DNA of 64,000 bases, taken from Eledone cirrhosa. Its lineage: Eukaryota. Under the pieces are notes generated by a model, which was given only the letters and a program-made list of their open reading frames with translations, was not told the DNA's origin and ran no database searches. This document shows, piece after piece, positions 39,069-50,771 of the stretch; within the stretch, counting starts at the first letter, position 1, and the number at the start of each line of letters is the position of its first letter. The translations under genes and the position numbers were made by a program. The stretch lies in assembly GCA_964016885.1 (NCBI GenBank), contig OZ024743.1, positions 9,548,001 through 9,612,000 of the forward strand, given 5' to 3'.

Positions 39069-42000
39069 GGGAAGAAGACGCACGAGGTGGCGGAGGTCAT
39101 GAAATCGCTCCCGTAAGTTTTGAATTTTTAACATATTTAAATCATTTGTGAAATAACAACTCTTAGTACAAATGCTACGTAAAGCACCCGGCTTGAGCCC
39201 AAAAAAAATTCGGACCCAAAATATATTGTTATAAGGCTCACATATTCAAATATTCAACTTTGTATTGTACACTGTATATCCAAAAAAGAAAATGGCTATA
39301 AATGGAAGAAGAACCCCCCTCCTCTCCTCTGTCTACACTATATAGAACAGCCAAACTCACCAACACCAGAAACTAGATACACCACCCACCTCATCACCTG
39401 TGTACACTAAACATAACAGCCAGATAACGGCAATTTCACCACCACCGCTCACTCTGCCATCATTACCACCACTATCCCATCACCGCCGCCACCACTCCTT
39501 CACTCCTTCACTGCTACCACCGCTACAACACCATCACTACAGTAATACTATCACATCACCACCACCACCGCCTCGGTATCGACATCACCACCACCACTGT
39601 CTCAGTATCGCTACCGCCGCCAGTCTCCCACTTCTCCAGCTGGCTGCTGCCACCACATTATAGAATTCCTACTACTAAAAAAGAGGAAGGCATCAAAATA
39701 TATAGATAGACTCAAAAGAAAAAAGGAAAAACAAACAACAAAACCAAAGCAGCACAGCAACAACAGCAAAAAACGAGAAAAACAAACAGAGAAAAACAAA
39801 AACAAAAAAAAAACAAAAACGTAAAGAAAATAAGAATGAAGAGAGAAGCAGGCGGACGGACAGAGAAGAGGGGGAAAAACTAAAACAAAAAAAACAAAAA
39901 CTAAGTCAGACATTCGAACACTACATTACAATGAAACTTATGCTTATTCATTTTTGGGGCCCTTTCTGCCTGTGTGTTTGTTTGTTTATGTGTGTTCGTA
40001 TACAGCGTGGTGATAATTCCACACAAGGGCCAAGTGGGATGGCGAATCCACAGATGGCTATGTAAACATACATTCGCCAATCCTCGATAAGAGTGTTTAA
40101 ATATCGAACATAAACAGGTCGAATAACGGTGAAATGGAAACTAGAACGTCATGTGACAGACTCTCACCCAACAGGTGCCCCCTGGCTCAGCAGCAGGAAC
40201 CTGACTGTCAACCAAATACTGCTGATGTTGGAGGAAGAAGAAGAAGGAAAGGGGCCAGAACCAACTGGACGAAAGAATTGAATAGAACTGTTATGCAATG
40301 TTACCTGAAAAGTAACCCCAAGGAGAGGGGCTACAGGAGACGGATGCATAACATCTGGAACGAAATTGGTCTATTTAAATTAGATGAACAAAAATTGGCC
40401 GGGCAGGCTCGGGTAATAAGAACTAATGGGTGGATAAGCGAGCTGGAACTGGATGAACTGAGCAGGGAGAATGGCTTGGAGATGGCGGGTGTAGTATGCT
40501 AGACAAGCGAGCCAGAGGGAAATGAAGGTGAAGAGGTCCTGAGAACGGAGGAACCACCCGAAGCAGACAATGATCTGAATACTGAGATAAATAATATCTG
40601 GAACAGAGATACGGCCACTGAGGAGATGAATGCTGACGGGCTAGGACAAGATTCGGTTGACATCCTAAATTTAGTGGTAGATGAATTGAACAATGATAGT
40701 GGGAGACCTATGAACCTAAGATTTGTAGACAGGAAAAAGTTAAAAGAAACAACAGCTAAGGTAAACAAAGTCATCCCATACCTTGAGGCGAGGATCCTTC
40801 ACCAGTGCAACAATATCCTCAAAGCAACAGCAAATACGATGAGGAAACTACTTGGTATAAAAGCGAGAGGAAACAACAGACAAGAAAGAGCAGAGCCGTG
40901 GTGGAAGAAACGACTGAGTGGTCAAATCGGGGAAATGAGAAATGACATAGGAAAGCTTGAGTCACTACTGAATGGGACACTAAAAAACATGGGCACTAAA
41001 AATAGACTGGAAATAAAGTACAGAACTAGGAGGAAAAAGCTAAATATTATCATAGAGGAACTGAAGCAACGCATTGTAGCAAAGAGTGCAAAAATCAGGC
41101 GATACGAGAACAGAGTCAGTCAGTATAAACAGAACAGCATGTTCGACAACAACCAGAAGATGCTGTTTGGACAGCTTGAGGGGAAAGAAAGAGACAACGA
41201 CTTGATCCCTGGGGCGGAGCAAACTAAAACATTCTGGAGAGGAATATGGGAGCAGGATGTTAGACATAATGTCCAGGCATGGTGGATTGAGACAGTACAG
41301 AGGGAGATCGGTGAGCAGGCACACCAACAAACTGATTTGAGTATCACAGTTGAAACTCTTAAGGGGCAGGCCAAAAAACTAACCAACTGGAAATCACCAG
41401 GCCCAGATGGTGTGCAGGGGTATTGGATTAAAAATTTAACATCCCTCCACCCGAAGCTGACGGCCATGTTCAATGACTGCTTGGTGTCGGGTGAGGTGCC
41501 AGAGTGGTTGACAAAAGGTACCACAGTTCTGATAATGAAAGACCGAATCAAGGGTAATGATGTTACCAACTATAGACCTATCACATGTCTGTCCGTAATG
41601 TGGAAACTGTTGACGAGCATTGTGTCTGAGGAAATCTACCATCACCTCCACACAAACAACTTGTTACCGGACGAACAGAAAGGATGCCGAAAGAAGTCAC
41701 GTGGTACAAAGGACCAGTTACTTATTGATAAGATGGTAATGGGGAATTGCAGGAGGAGACACACTGATCTTGCCATGGGATGGATAAACTACAGAAAGGC
41801 ATTTGACATGGTGCCTCATTCTTGGATCACCAAAAGCCAGGAGATCTTCAGGGTGGCAGATAACATCAGACAGTTGCTGGGCAGGAGTATGTGGTCCTGG
41901 GAGACAGAGTTAACATCAACTGGAGTATCCTTGGGAAGCGTGAAGATCAAGAGAGGTATCTTCCAGGGAGATAGCCTGTCCCCTCTGTTGTTTGTCCTTG

Positions 42001-43610
42001 CCCTGATGCCCTTGACCATTATGCTGCGAAAAGTGAGAGCAGGATACAAGTTGGGAAAGGGAGAGCTTACCATCAATCACCTTCTCTTCATGGACGATCT
42101 TAAGCTCTTCTGGAAAAGTGAGAAGGAGTTGGATGTGCTTGTTGACACTGTCCGTATTTTCAGCAGTGATATATGTATGCAGTTTGCTATTAGTAAATGT
42201 GGAGTCATTGTGATGAGGAGGGGTAGGTTGAGCAGAAGTAACGGGATCCAGATACCAACAGGTGAGATGATAAAGGAAATTGACTCTGAGGAAGGATACA
42301 AGTATTTGGGCGTTCTGGAGGCTGATGGCATAAAGAACAAAAAAATGAAGGAATTGTTAAGAACTGAATACATCCGGAGAGTAAGAAGCGTATTGAAGTC
42401 ACATCTGAACAGCAGAAATGCCATAAGCGCAGTAAATTCCCGAGCTGTGTCTATTATTAGGTACAGTGCGGGAATTCTGAGATGGAATGTTGCTGAACAA
42501 AAAGAAATGGATAGGAAGACTAGGAAGCTATTGACTATCTACAACATGTTCCACAAGAGGAGTGATGTCGATAGACTCTACCTAAGGAGATCTGAGGGTG
42601 GAAGAGGTCTTATCAGCATAGAGGACTGTGTTCAGATGGAGAAAAACAACCTATACAAATACGTGACCTATAGTAAGGAGCCAATGCTCAGAACTGTACT
42701 GAAGGAGGGGACAGTAGGCCAAGGGATGTCCAAGGAGGAAATAACATCAAGGAGGAAGAGCAGCCTTAAGGGAAAATCCCTTCATAGTACCTTCTTTGAG
42801 AAAACTGAATTTAGAGATCCACAGACATGGAACTGGTTGAGAAGAGGAGACCTCAAAAAGGCTACAGAAGGAATGCTAATGGCTGCGCAGGAGCAGGCCT
42901 TCAAAACGAAGTGGTTGAAGCACCATATTTACAAGGAGGAGGCTAGCCCACTGTGCAGGATCTGTGGAGTGAGAGAGGAGACTGTGGCTCACATTGTGTC
43001 CGAGTGTAAACACCTAGCCCAGACCCACTATAAGGGCTGGAGACACGATGTGATGGGCAGGGTGATCCACTGGCACCTATGCAAAGTAAACAATTTACCA
43101 CATTCTGAGAAATGGTATGAGCATAGGCCAGAGGCGGTGATGGAGAACAATCAGGTGAAGGTGCTGTGGTATTTTAGGATACAGACGGACAAACAACTGG
43201 AACACAATAGACCTGACCTGGTGGTTGTAGACAAAGAAAAAAGATCGTGTCTGATTGTGGATGTGGCCTGCCCGTTCGACACGAGAGTGCAAGAGAAGGA
43301 GAGGGAGAAAATTAACCGATACCAGGACCTAAAGTGGGAGGTGAAAATGATTTGGAACTGCCATGAAGTCAAAGTGATCCCGATTGTCATAGGCGCACTG
43401 GGGACGATCTCCAAAAGTTTCCAGGGATGGTTAAAGAAAATCGGCCCCTTCACGCTTTTTGGAACGCTTCAAAAGGCATGCTTGCTTGGAACAGCAAGAA
43501 CCCTCCGATACGTCCTGAATATCTGAGGCTGCAGGTAGTGGCTTGATATTCATTCCAACGGACTTTCCAGTTAACCAACATCAATGACTGAGATTCAAGG
43601 AATAACAACG

Positions 43611-43648
<38 letters not shown>
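39069..43648 (+). mobile_element. R4/Dong-like RLE non-LTR retrotransposon, copy A
   Basis: Long 5' region shared with copy B from about 39327, one long ORF, short 3' UTR and (TAA)n tail at 43601-43648. The 5' boundary at 39069 is inferred from the flanking (TAA)n. Confidence 0.85.
40134..43526 (+). pseudogene. R4-like RT-CCHC-RLE polyprotein with one in-frame TAG at 40500
   Basis: WKSPGPDG, YRPITCL, QKG, GIFQGDSLSPLLF, HLLFMDDLKL, YKYLG, CRIC..H..C, RHD, RPDLVVVD..DVACP..EK, KACLLGT. The RT motif reads INYRKAFD where copy B has IDYRKAFD. Confidence 0.9.
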
Positions 43649-43649
<1 letters not shown>

Positions 43650-43658
43650 TGTTTTAAA

Positions 43659-43732
43659 TTGCCTCGTCCGATGAACGAATGAGGACGTTTTTCGTATTCG
43701 TCTTATTCGGGAAACCTCAGGTAATGAGGTAA
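43659..43732 (+). ncRNA. Type I hammerhead fold with CCGATGA core (U4C variant)
   Basis: ttgcctcgt-CCGATGA-acgaatgaggacg..cgtcttattcgg-GAAA-cctcagg-TA-atgaggtaa. 9-bp stem I (with GU pairs), long stem II, GUA site. Confidence 0.75.
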
Positions 43733-43833
43733 TTATATTGTATTGTTTATTATACATTAAATTTAGCTCTGGTACTTACATAGAGCACTCTTCACTCATA
43801 TGACTTTTTCAATTTTCAACGGAAACTTCAGTA

Positions 43834-43918
<85 letters not shown>

Positions 43919-44056
43919 ATATATATATTTGACTTTCGTATATCTAAAGATATACGGTATGTCTAACGAATAAACATTATGAAACCCAAGTTATTAACCG
44001 AAAGTCTGACGGCCAGCGCAGTCTAGCAGGTTCCAGCAGAGGAAGCGGAGGATAAC

Positions 44057-44093
44057 TGTCTATGCATTTCGAAGTCAGGCTTTCATCAGGACA
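44057..44093 (-). ncRNA. Minimal type I hammerhead ribozyme (predicted)
   Basis: tgtc-CTGATGA-aagcctgacttc-GAAA-tgca-TA-gaca. Stem III is reduced to the palindrome ATGCAT. Confidence 0.75.
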
Positions 44094-44584
44094 ATGCTTC
44101 CCCTAGCCCTCAGTTGAAACTTGAAACAGTCGAAAATATAGTTTCCTCGCTTGTGTAGGTAGGCCGATTAGCCTCATTTGCATACGAACTGTACATGTTG
44201 GCTCAAAATAAAAGTCGAATTAAAGTATAGATCCGGCAGAGCTGTATACAGACACATATGTGAATTTCGTAAATACAAAAATACATGGTATGTTTAATAA
44301 ATTATCATTTTGAAAGTCAGGCTGTGAAGAGTCCAGTGTTCGTTGTGTTCTTTTCTCGAGAAGTTATCCGTGGATAGCTATTGATGCATTGGTAATGAAT
44401 ATCCCTCTCTTATAAAGCATCTGAGGCTATAATTATCCACAAAAGACAGCCAATGAGCGAGAATTATCCATGTGATTGTCTCTTCCGAGTTTTCCGTTTC
44501 TGATATTTTTCGCACATATTTGTTAATGATATATATATATTGGAAATGGCTGTTGAAAAGGCGGGAGCTCTGCCATTGGGTCCT

Positions 44585-44642
<58 letters not shown>

Positions 44643-44887
44643 ATATCATTTTAAAAGGTATCTATATTTGAAGTTCTAGTCAAACTTTAATTAGTTACCT
44701 ACCTAGCTATGTGTGCGTACATTCTTTACAAATTATTCCCTGTGATTGTTTCATGTATTTATTATATATATATATATATGTCAATCTATTTCTAGTTGAT
44801 ATGTAATGCTCAGATCTAATCTTTGAGCTTATTCTACGGTGGATATGGTGCATGTCTCTCAGAAATGACAACACTTAATTTTAATTT

Positions 44888-44927
<40 letters not shown>

Positions 44928-44930
<3 letters not shown>

Positions 44931-45044
44931 CGAAGGAAATGTGGTAAGGAACCAGATGGACCATAACGCACCACAGTACTCAATACTTAGGATAGTAGAG
45001 TGGGTAATAGGAACAAGTAGGACCCCGACGGGGTCCTACTTTTT

Positions 45045-45048
<4 letters not shown>
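44928..45048 (-). mobile_element. PLE terminal fragment homologous to 23018-23120, ending in a hairpin
   Basis: AACGAAGGAAATGTGGTAAGGAACCAG..GTACTCAATAC..GACCCC-GAC-GGGGTC, between (TA)n tracts. Confidence 0.75.
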
Positions 45049-45088
<40 letters not shown>

Positions 45089-45108
45089 TATATATATATA
45101 TATATTAA

Positions 45109-45159
45109 AGTTTAAGCAAAGAATCACTGCTTTCACCCTTAACGGGATCTTCTGAAACT
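45109..45159 (-). ncRNA. Hammerhead-like fold with CAGAAGA core (same family as 20132)
   Basis: agttt-CAGAAGA-tcccgttaagggt-GAAA-gcagtgattctttgc-TT-aaact, followed by inverted partial copies at 45160-45204. Confidence 0.6.
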
Positions 45160-45212
45160 GTTTCAGAAGAGTTTCAGAAGATCCCGTTAAAGGTGAAAGC
45201 AGCTATATATAA

Positions 45213-45510
<298 letters not shown>

Positions 45511-45605
45511 GAAGTAATTTCGTCGGAAAGGTACAGGAAAAAAGAGTGCTCTATGTAGGCTACAAAGCTTATTAGTTATGTAATAAAGAACATAAGATAA
45601 TTATC

Positions 45606-45664
45606 TCATTTACCAGTGGTTTCTTGAAAGCAGATGTTAGATCTGTTTTCAGTCGTCAGAATGA
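45606..45664 (-). ncRNA. Type I hammerhead ribozyme (same family as 18502)
   Basis: tcatt-CTGACGA-c tgaaaacagat ctaac atctgctttca a-GAAA-ccactgg-TA-aatga. Confidence 0.82.
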
Positions 45665-46229
45665 ATAAGAAACATGATGTTTTTATTAAATATGGATTTG
45701 AAACTAAATTTAAGAAATATGAAAGTGAAGTTGAGCAAAAAACGGGCGAAGAAGAAGAAGGGAAAAGAAAAAAAAAATATGTATATATATAAACAATAAA
45801 TATCCAGAACATACACACACTTAACCACGCGCATATACTTAAAAAGTACGTAGACGTATACTTTTTCACATAAGCACATATGCTTCTACAGATAGGGAAA
45901 TAGATACATACACATACATATACATGAAGTAATAAGAATAAATAAATAAATGAATAAGTCAAAAACGAAATAAAGACAAAAGGATACGTGTTGACAACGA
46001 TAAGTAAGAGGGCGGGGGGGGGGGATAAAACAACTTAAAAATAAACAAATACACGAGATGTACATATACATAAATATATATATATATAAATGTATATATA
46101 TATGGATGTATATATAATGTATTTTGCAATACACTTTATGCTTAATTAAAAGCATTTTAAAGACCGTAAGCTATTGTTTTAAAGTAGTGACAAATTCACT
46201 CACTTTGATCTCAGCAAACAGGGGAGATA

Positions 46230-46273
46230 AGCCGACAAGACTTGTTTCGCTTTGGTTGAAGCTTATCAAGGCC
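46230..46273 (-). ncRNA. Type I hammerhead with U3:A8 core (TTGATAA)
   Basis: ggcc-TTGATAA-gctt caacca aagc-GAAA-caagtcttg-TC-ggct. GUC site; the 3:8 pair is kept by a double change. Confidence 0.7.
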
Positions 46274-46648
46274 AACTACCCCACCTGTCTGCTGAGATCA
46301 TTGATGTTATATTCTTATAGAAATCTAGTAAATAATCAGGAGCTGATTATGCAGAGCGGTTGTTGGTCAGGCAGAAATTAAAAATTAGAATTGGAGCTCT
46401 GAAATAGCAATATATATATGGATGTATATATAATGTATTTTGCAATACACTTTATGAATTTGTCACTACTTTAAAACAATAGCTTACGGTCTTCAAAATG
46501 CTTTTAATTAAGCATAAAGTGTATTGCAAAATACATTATATATACATCCATATATATATTGCTATTTCAGAGCTCCAATTCTAAGTATATATATATACAT
46601 ACATGCACACGCAAACAAACATAAACATGCAAAGACACTCATACGCAC

Positions 46649-46719
<71 letters not shown>

Positions 46720-46723
<4 letters not shown>

Positions 46724-47131
46724 CACAAGAATATAAAATAAACATACGTACACATTCACATACACATGCGTGCAAAAATACATATACACATACGCATACA
46801 CACGTATATATAAATATGCATACAACCGAATATACACACACATCCACATACATACACATAAAACCCTACAATAAAGAGCATTGGTTCATAACCTACGTAC
46901 ATACGTATACAAAGGCGTGCGCGCACACGCACGTAATAAGAAATCAATACACGCAGACAAAAAAAACATACGTAAATCCATACACACAAAAAAAACCCAT
47001 ATATACAAAAGTATATATACAACCGCATACACACAAAAATCTACGTAAACACATACATATAAGCATATAAAAATATAATATAAACATAAATAAGCACACA
47101 CACATAATTATATATACACAAACGCATACAC

Positions 47132-47179
<48 letters not shown>

Positions 47180-47598
47180 GTGTATGTGTTTGTTTGTATG
47201 TGTTTGTGTATATATAATTATGTGTATGTGTTTATTTTAGCTTATATTATATTTTTATATGGTTATATGTATGTGTTTACGTATATCTTTGTGTGTATGC
47301 GGTTGTATATATGCTTTTTTATATATGAGTTTTTTTGTGTGTATGGATTTACGTATGGTTTTTTATGCGTGTGTTGATTTCTTATTATGTGCGTGTGTGC
47401 GCACGCATTTGTATACGTATGTACGTAGGTTATGAACCAATGCTCTATACTGTAGGGTTTTATGTGTATGTATGTGAATGTGTGTGTTGTATGCATATTT
47501 ATATATACTTGTGTATGCGTGTGTATGTGTATATGTATATGTATTTTTGCACGCATGTGTATGTGGATGTGTACGTATGTTTATTTTATATTTTTGTG

Positions 47599-47602
<4 letters not shown>
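46720..47602. repeat. Imperfect palindrome (about 420-bp arms) of decayed microsatellite sequence around (TA)n
   Basis: AAACCCTACAATAAAGAGCATTGGTTCATAACCTACG (about 46861) mirrors CGTAGGTTATGAACCAATGCTCTATACTGTAGGGTTT (about 47424). Confidence 0.85.
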
Positions 47603-47632
<30 letters not shown>

Positions 47633-47639
47633 GTGTATA

Positions 47640-49075
47640 CGCTACCGCAATAGACACAATAATAGTCGCACACCACCAAACAGAAGGCGATGTAAGGAGT
47701 ATATTTGGTACAACCCGGTCTATAACAACTCTATTAAAACCAATCTACCCTCAAAATTCTTTCGATTAGTTAAAAAACACTTTCCAACATCACATAAATA
47801 TAATAAAATCTTAAACCCTAACACTATTCGACTTTCATATTCAACCGCCCCTAATATTGAACAACATATAAAAAAGCTTAACGCAAAACGGTTGTATAAA
47901 CGCCTTCCAACACATAACAATACACGTAAAACATTAGCTATAACATCACAAAACAACAAACAACATCCTGTCCTACATAAGCAACCTCATCAACCCACCC
48001 ATGACAATACAACAATGCAAAATTATAATTGCAACTGTGTCCAACCAGGAATGTGTCCGTTGAACAATCAGTGTCTTGAACGCAACATCGTATACAAATG
48101 TACTATCGAATCGGATAGACAGAAGTGGTACTATGTGGGATCTACAGCCACCTCCTTCAAATCACGCCTTTATAGACATCGTTACTCGATAAAACATGAA
48201 AACCAGCGTTATGTAACAACACTCGCAGACAAGGCTTGGCAGCTGCGTGAAAATAACCAACAATTTCACCTAAAATGGGCTATAATAGCGGCTGCCCCCC
48301 CCCCCATATTCCCATGGACAGGAATTTTGTAAATTATGTAATGTAGAATTATTTTGTATTATGAAATCCCAAAACATTTTATTAAATAACAGAATAGAGT
48401 GATCGTTATACTGTAACCATCGCTTAAAATTTACATTTTCATATTATAAATACTACCAGGTTTGAACGCCTGTCTCCATCCCCGTTTGATTGTCAAAATA
48501 GATATTAACATTCTCTATTAGTCTTAATTCTATCAACTCTTCTATTATTTACCATTTAATACAAACTGCTATAGATAAAATGAGATTTCTGATTTCTTGA
48601 TTCAATTCCCTAATGCATATACCAGCTGGCTACTAGCATTAATGTTATTCAGTAGCAGTCGAAATCTCCCCCTTCCTCAATTGACACTTTATAATTAATA
48701 CTACTGCACCAAATGACCAGCCCTGTCCACTGTCCAGTTGGTCAAGTAGAGATTAAAATTGGCACTCCCAAAATTCTTATTTAGATTTACTATACTTGTT
48801 TAGCAGTAAATTAATTTACCATCTGTCATATACTATCCCCTCTATTTCTTCCTCTATTACTAATATAAATACTTCAATTTTTCTGATTTTATCCAATTTA
48901 TCCAAAATCTCTGAAGAAGTGACAACTGATTATACATTTGCTATCGAATACTTGCTAACATTATATGATTACGCAAGCAGCGATACATAGGTATTCAGTC
49001 TGTTACAGAAACATATGTCAATACCTAATAAATTCCTTTTTTAAAAAAAGCACTTTCATATTATATTCATCCTTT
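47640..49075 (+). mobile_element. 5'-truncated Penelope-like element (GIY-YIG end, 3' UTR and pLTR)
   Basis: IWYNPVY..FFRLVKKHFP..IRLSYS..CNC..CPLNNQC..IVYKC..YYVGST..FKSRLYRH. Frameshift at poly-C near 48295, then CKLC..E..LLN. (TA)n flanks. Confidence 0.85.
48906..49023 (+). ncRNA. Hammerhead-like fold with about 90-nt stem II insertion and damaged stem I
   Basis: CTGAAGA-agtgaca...tgttaca-GAAA-catatg-TC with palindromic ACATATGT, and AATAAA just downstream. Stem I pairs poorly. Confidence 0.5.
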
Positions 49076-49181
49076 CTATATATATATATATATATAGATA
49101 ATTTAATATATCAACTAATATAGGCGCACAGATGCACGTCCATGCCAGCAAATACACAGGTTAAGTCATAGCTGAGAATAG

Positions 49182-49263
49182 ACTCCCTGATGACGCAATG
49201 AATTCTCGACAGTTGGATTATGTAACTGTCTTTATCCCATTGCAGAAACTAATTAGTTGGAGT
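49182..49263 (+). ncRNA. Type I hammerhead ribozyme, repeat copy 1
   Basis: actcc-CTGATGA-cgcaatg..(gacagtt/aactgtc hairpin)..cattgca-GAAA-ctaattag-TT-ggagt. Stem III is the palindrome AACTAATTAGTT; GUU site. Confidence 0.85.
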
Positions 49264-49728
49264 GAAAATTTAAGTAAGAAAGTAAAAAATTTTTTAAAGA
49301 TTTTTTAAAAAATATTTTCTTATTTTACGTCTTTTATATTCTGCACCCTCCTGCATTGAACCACCTAGGTACTATGACATAACCTGTGTATTTGCTGGCA
49401 TGGACGTGCATCTGTGCGCCTATGTTAGGTGATATATTAAATTATCTATATTTATCTCCAAATCACTGATTTGTCGAGCAAACCTGCCAAAACCACTTCA
49501 AAATTTTTTTTGGGGTGTTAGTAGGCGTCAGTCATCTTACCATCCCATTCCTTCTAACTAGCCTCTATGTCACGTGATTGATTCTTTAGAATCGGACATT
49601 TGACTGGAAGCAGTGAGAATTTCAGTACATAGAATCCAGTCCTCGCCTAGCTGTTCTTTCTACCGAATTATTATTTTTATATGAGCCGCTATTGTCCGCG
49701 CATTGCCTGGAGGCTCAGCTGAGAATAG

Positions 49729-49810
49729 ACTCCCTGATGACGCAATGAATTCTCGACAGTTGGATTATGTAACTGTCTTTATCCCATTGCAGAAACTAAT
49801 TAGTTGGAGT
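49729..49810 (+). ncRNA. Type I hammerhead ribozyme, repeat copy 2
   Basis: Identical to 49182-49263 and 547 bp downstream, within a direct repeat of about 165 bp. Confidence 0.85.
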
Positions 49811-49876
49811 GAAAATTTAAGTAAGTAAGTAAAAAAATTTTTAAAAATTTTTTAAAAAATATTTTCTTATTTTACG

Positions 49877-49959
<83 letters not shown>

Positions 49960-50314
49960 ATATTGAGAAACACACAGATACATGCGGACACACACATATG
50001 CATGAATATATCCACATCCATCCTTGAGTCAATGGTGCCAACCCCAACCGATGCTGCTCTATGACTAACTGGGACAAGCCAAACCGAATGGATTAGACCG
50101 AACCAGTATCAGAGCTAAAAGTACATTATGAAGAGAGAAGAAACATTTAGATATAATTAGTAATAAGATGTATCATACCTAAACTGCTTCTAGATTCCTC
50201 GACTACGTAGTTTCGTGGCATAATCAAAAACAATACATCATAGAGATATAGAGCTTTTGTGAGGTCTGCCGACTTATCAAGAGGATACCTCATTTTACTA
50301 GCCTCAAGAACGCG

Positions 50315-50346
<32 letters not shown>

Positions 50347-50431
50347 CACATACATTTGTGTATGTGTTTTTATACGTGCGTATGAGTATCTATGCCTGTT
50401 TATGTGTGTGTGCGTGTGTATGTATGTATGT

Positions 50432-50462
<31 letters not shown>

Positions 50463-50724
50463 CATATTTGTTTCCTACCTAGTTGTCCTGTATATGCCTA
50501 ACGAATTTGCACTCTCTATACGCTTGCATATATACTACTAATGTTCTCGTTTTACGAGTAACTTTCTACCTTAACGCCTCTTTAATTATCATACAATTCT
50601 CTTGTAATCACTGTCACATCCATTCCACTCTGTAAATATGAAACTGTTGATGACAACATTAATATCCATGTTATATGATTGTACAGTTGAATAGGAAGTT
50701 AATTATATGTCGAAACTTTGCTAG

Positions 50725-50771
50725 TGCTCCGATGATCCCAAACGAAAGTTTGGAAGAAACGATTGTCAGCG
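50725..50771 (+). ncRNA. Type I hammerhead fold with CCGATGA core (U4C variant)
   Basis: tgct-CCGATGA-tcccaaac gaaa gtttggaa-GAAA-cgattg-TC-agcg. GNRA-capped stem II, GUC site. Confidence 0.68.

Noticed and set aside
39069-39130. HDV-like ribozyme at the R4 5' end
   Set aside because: Could not fit the nested double pseudoknot.
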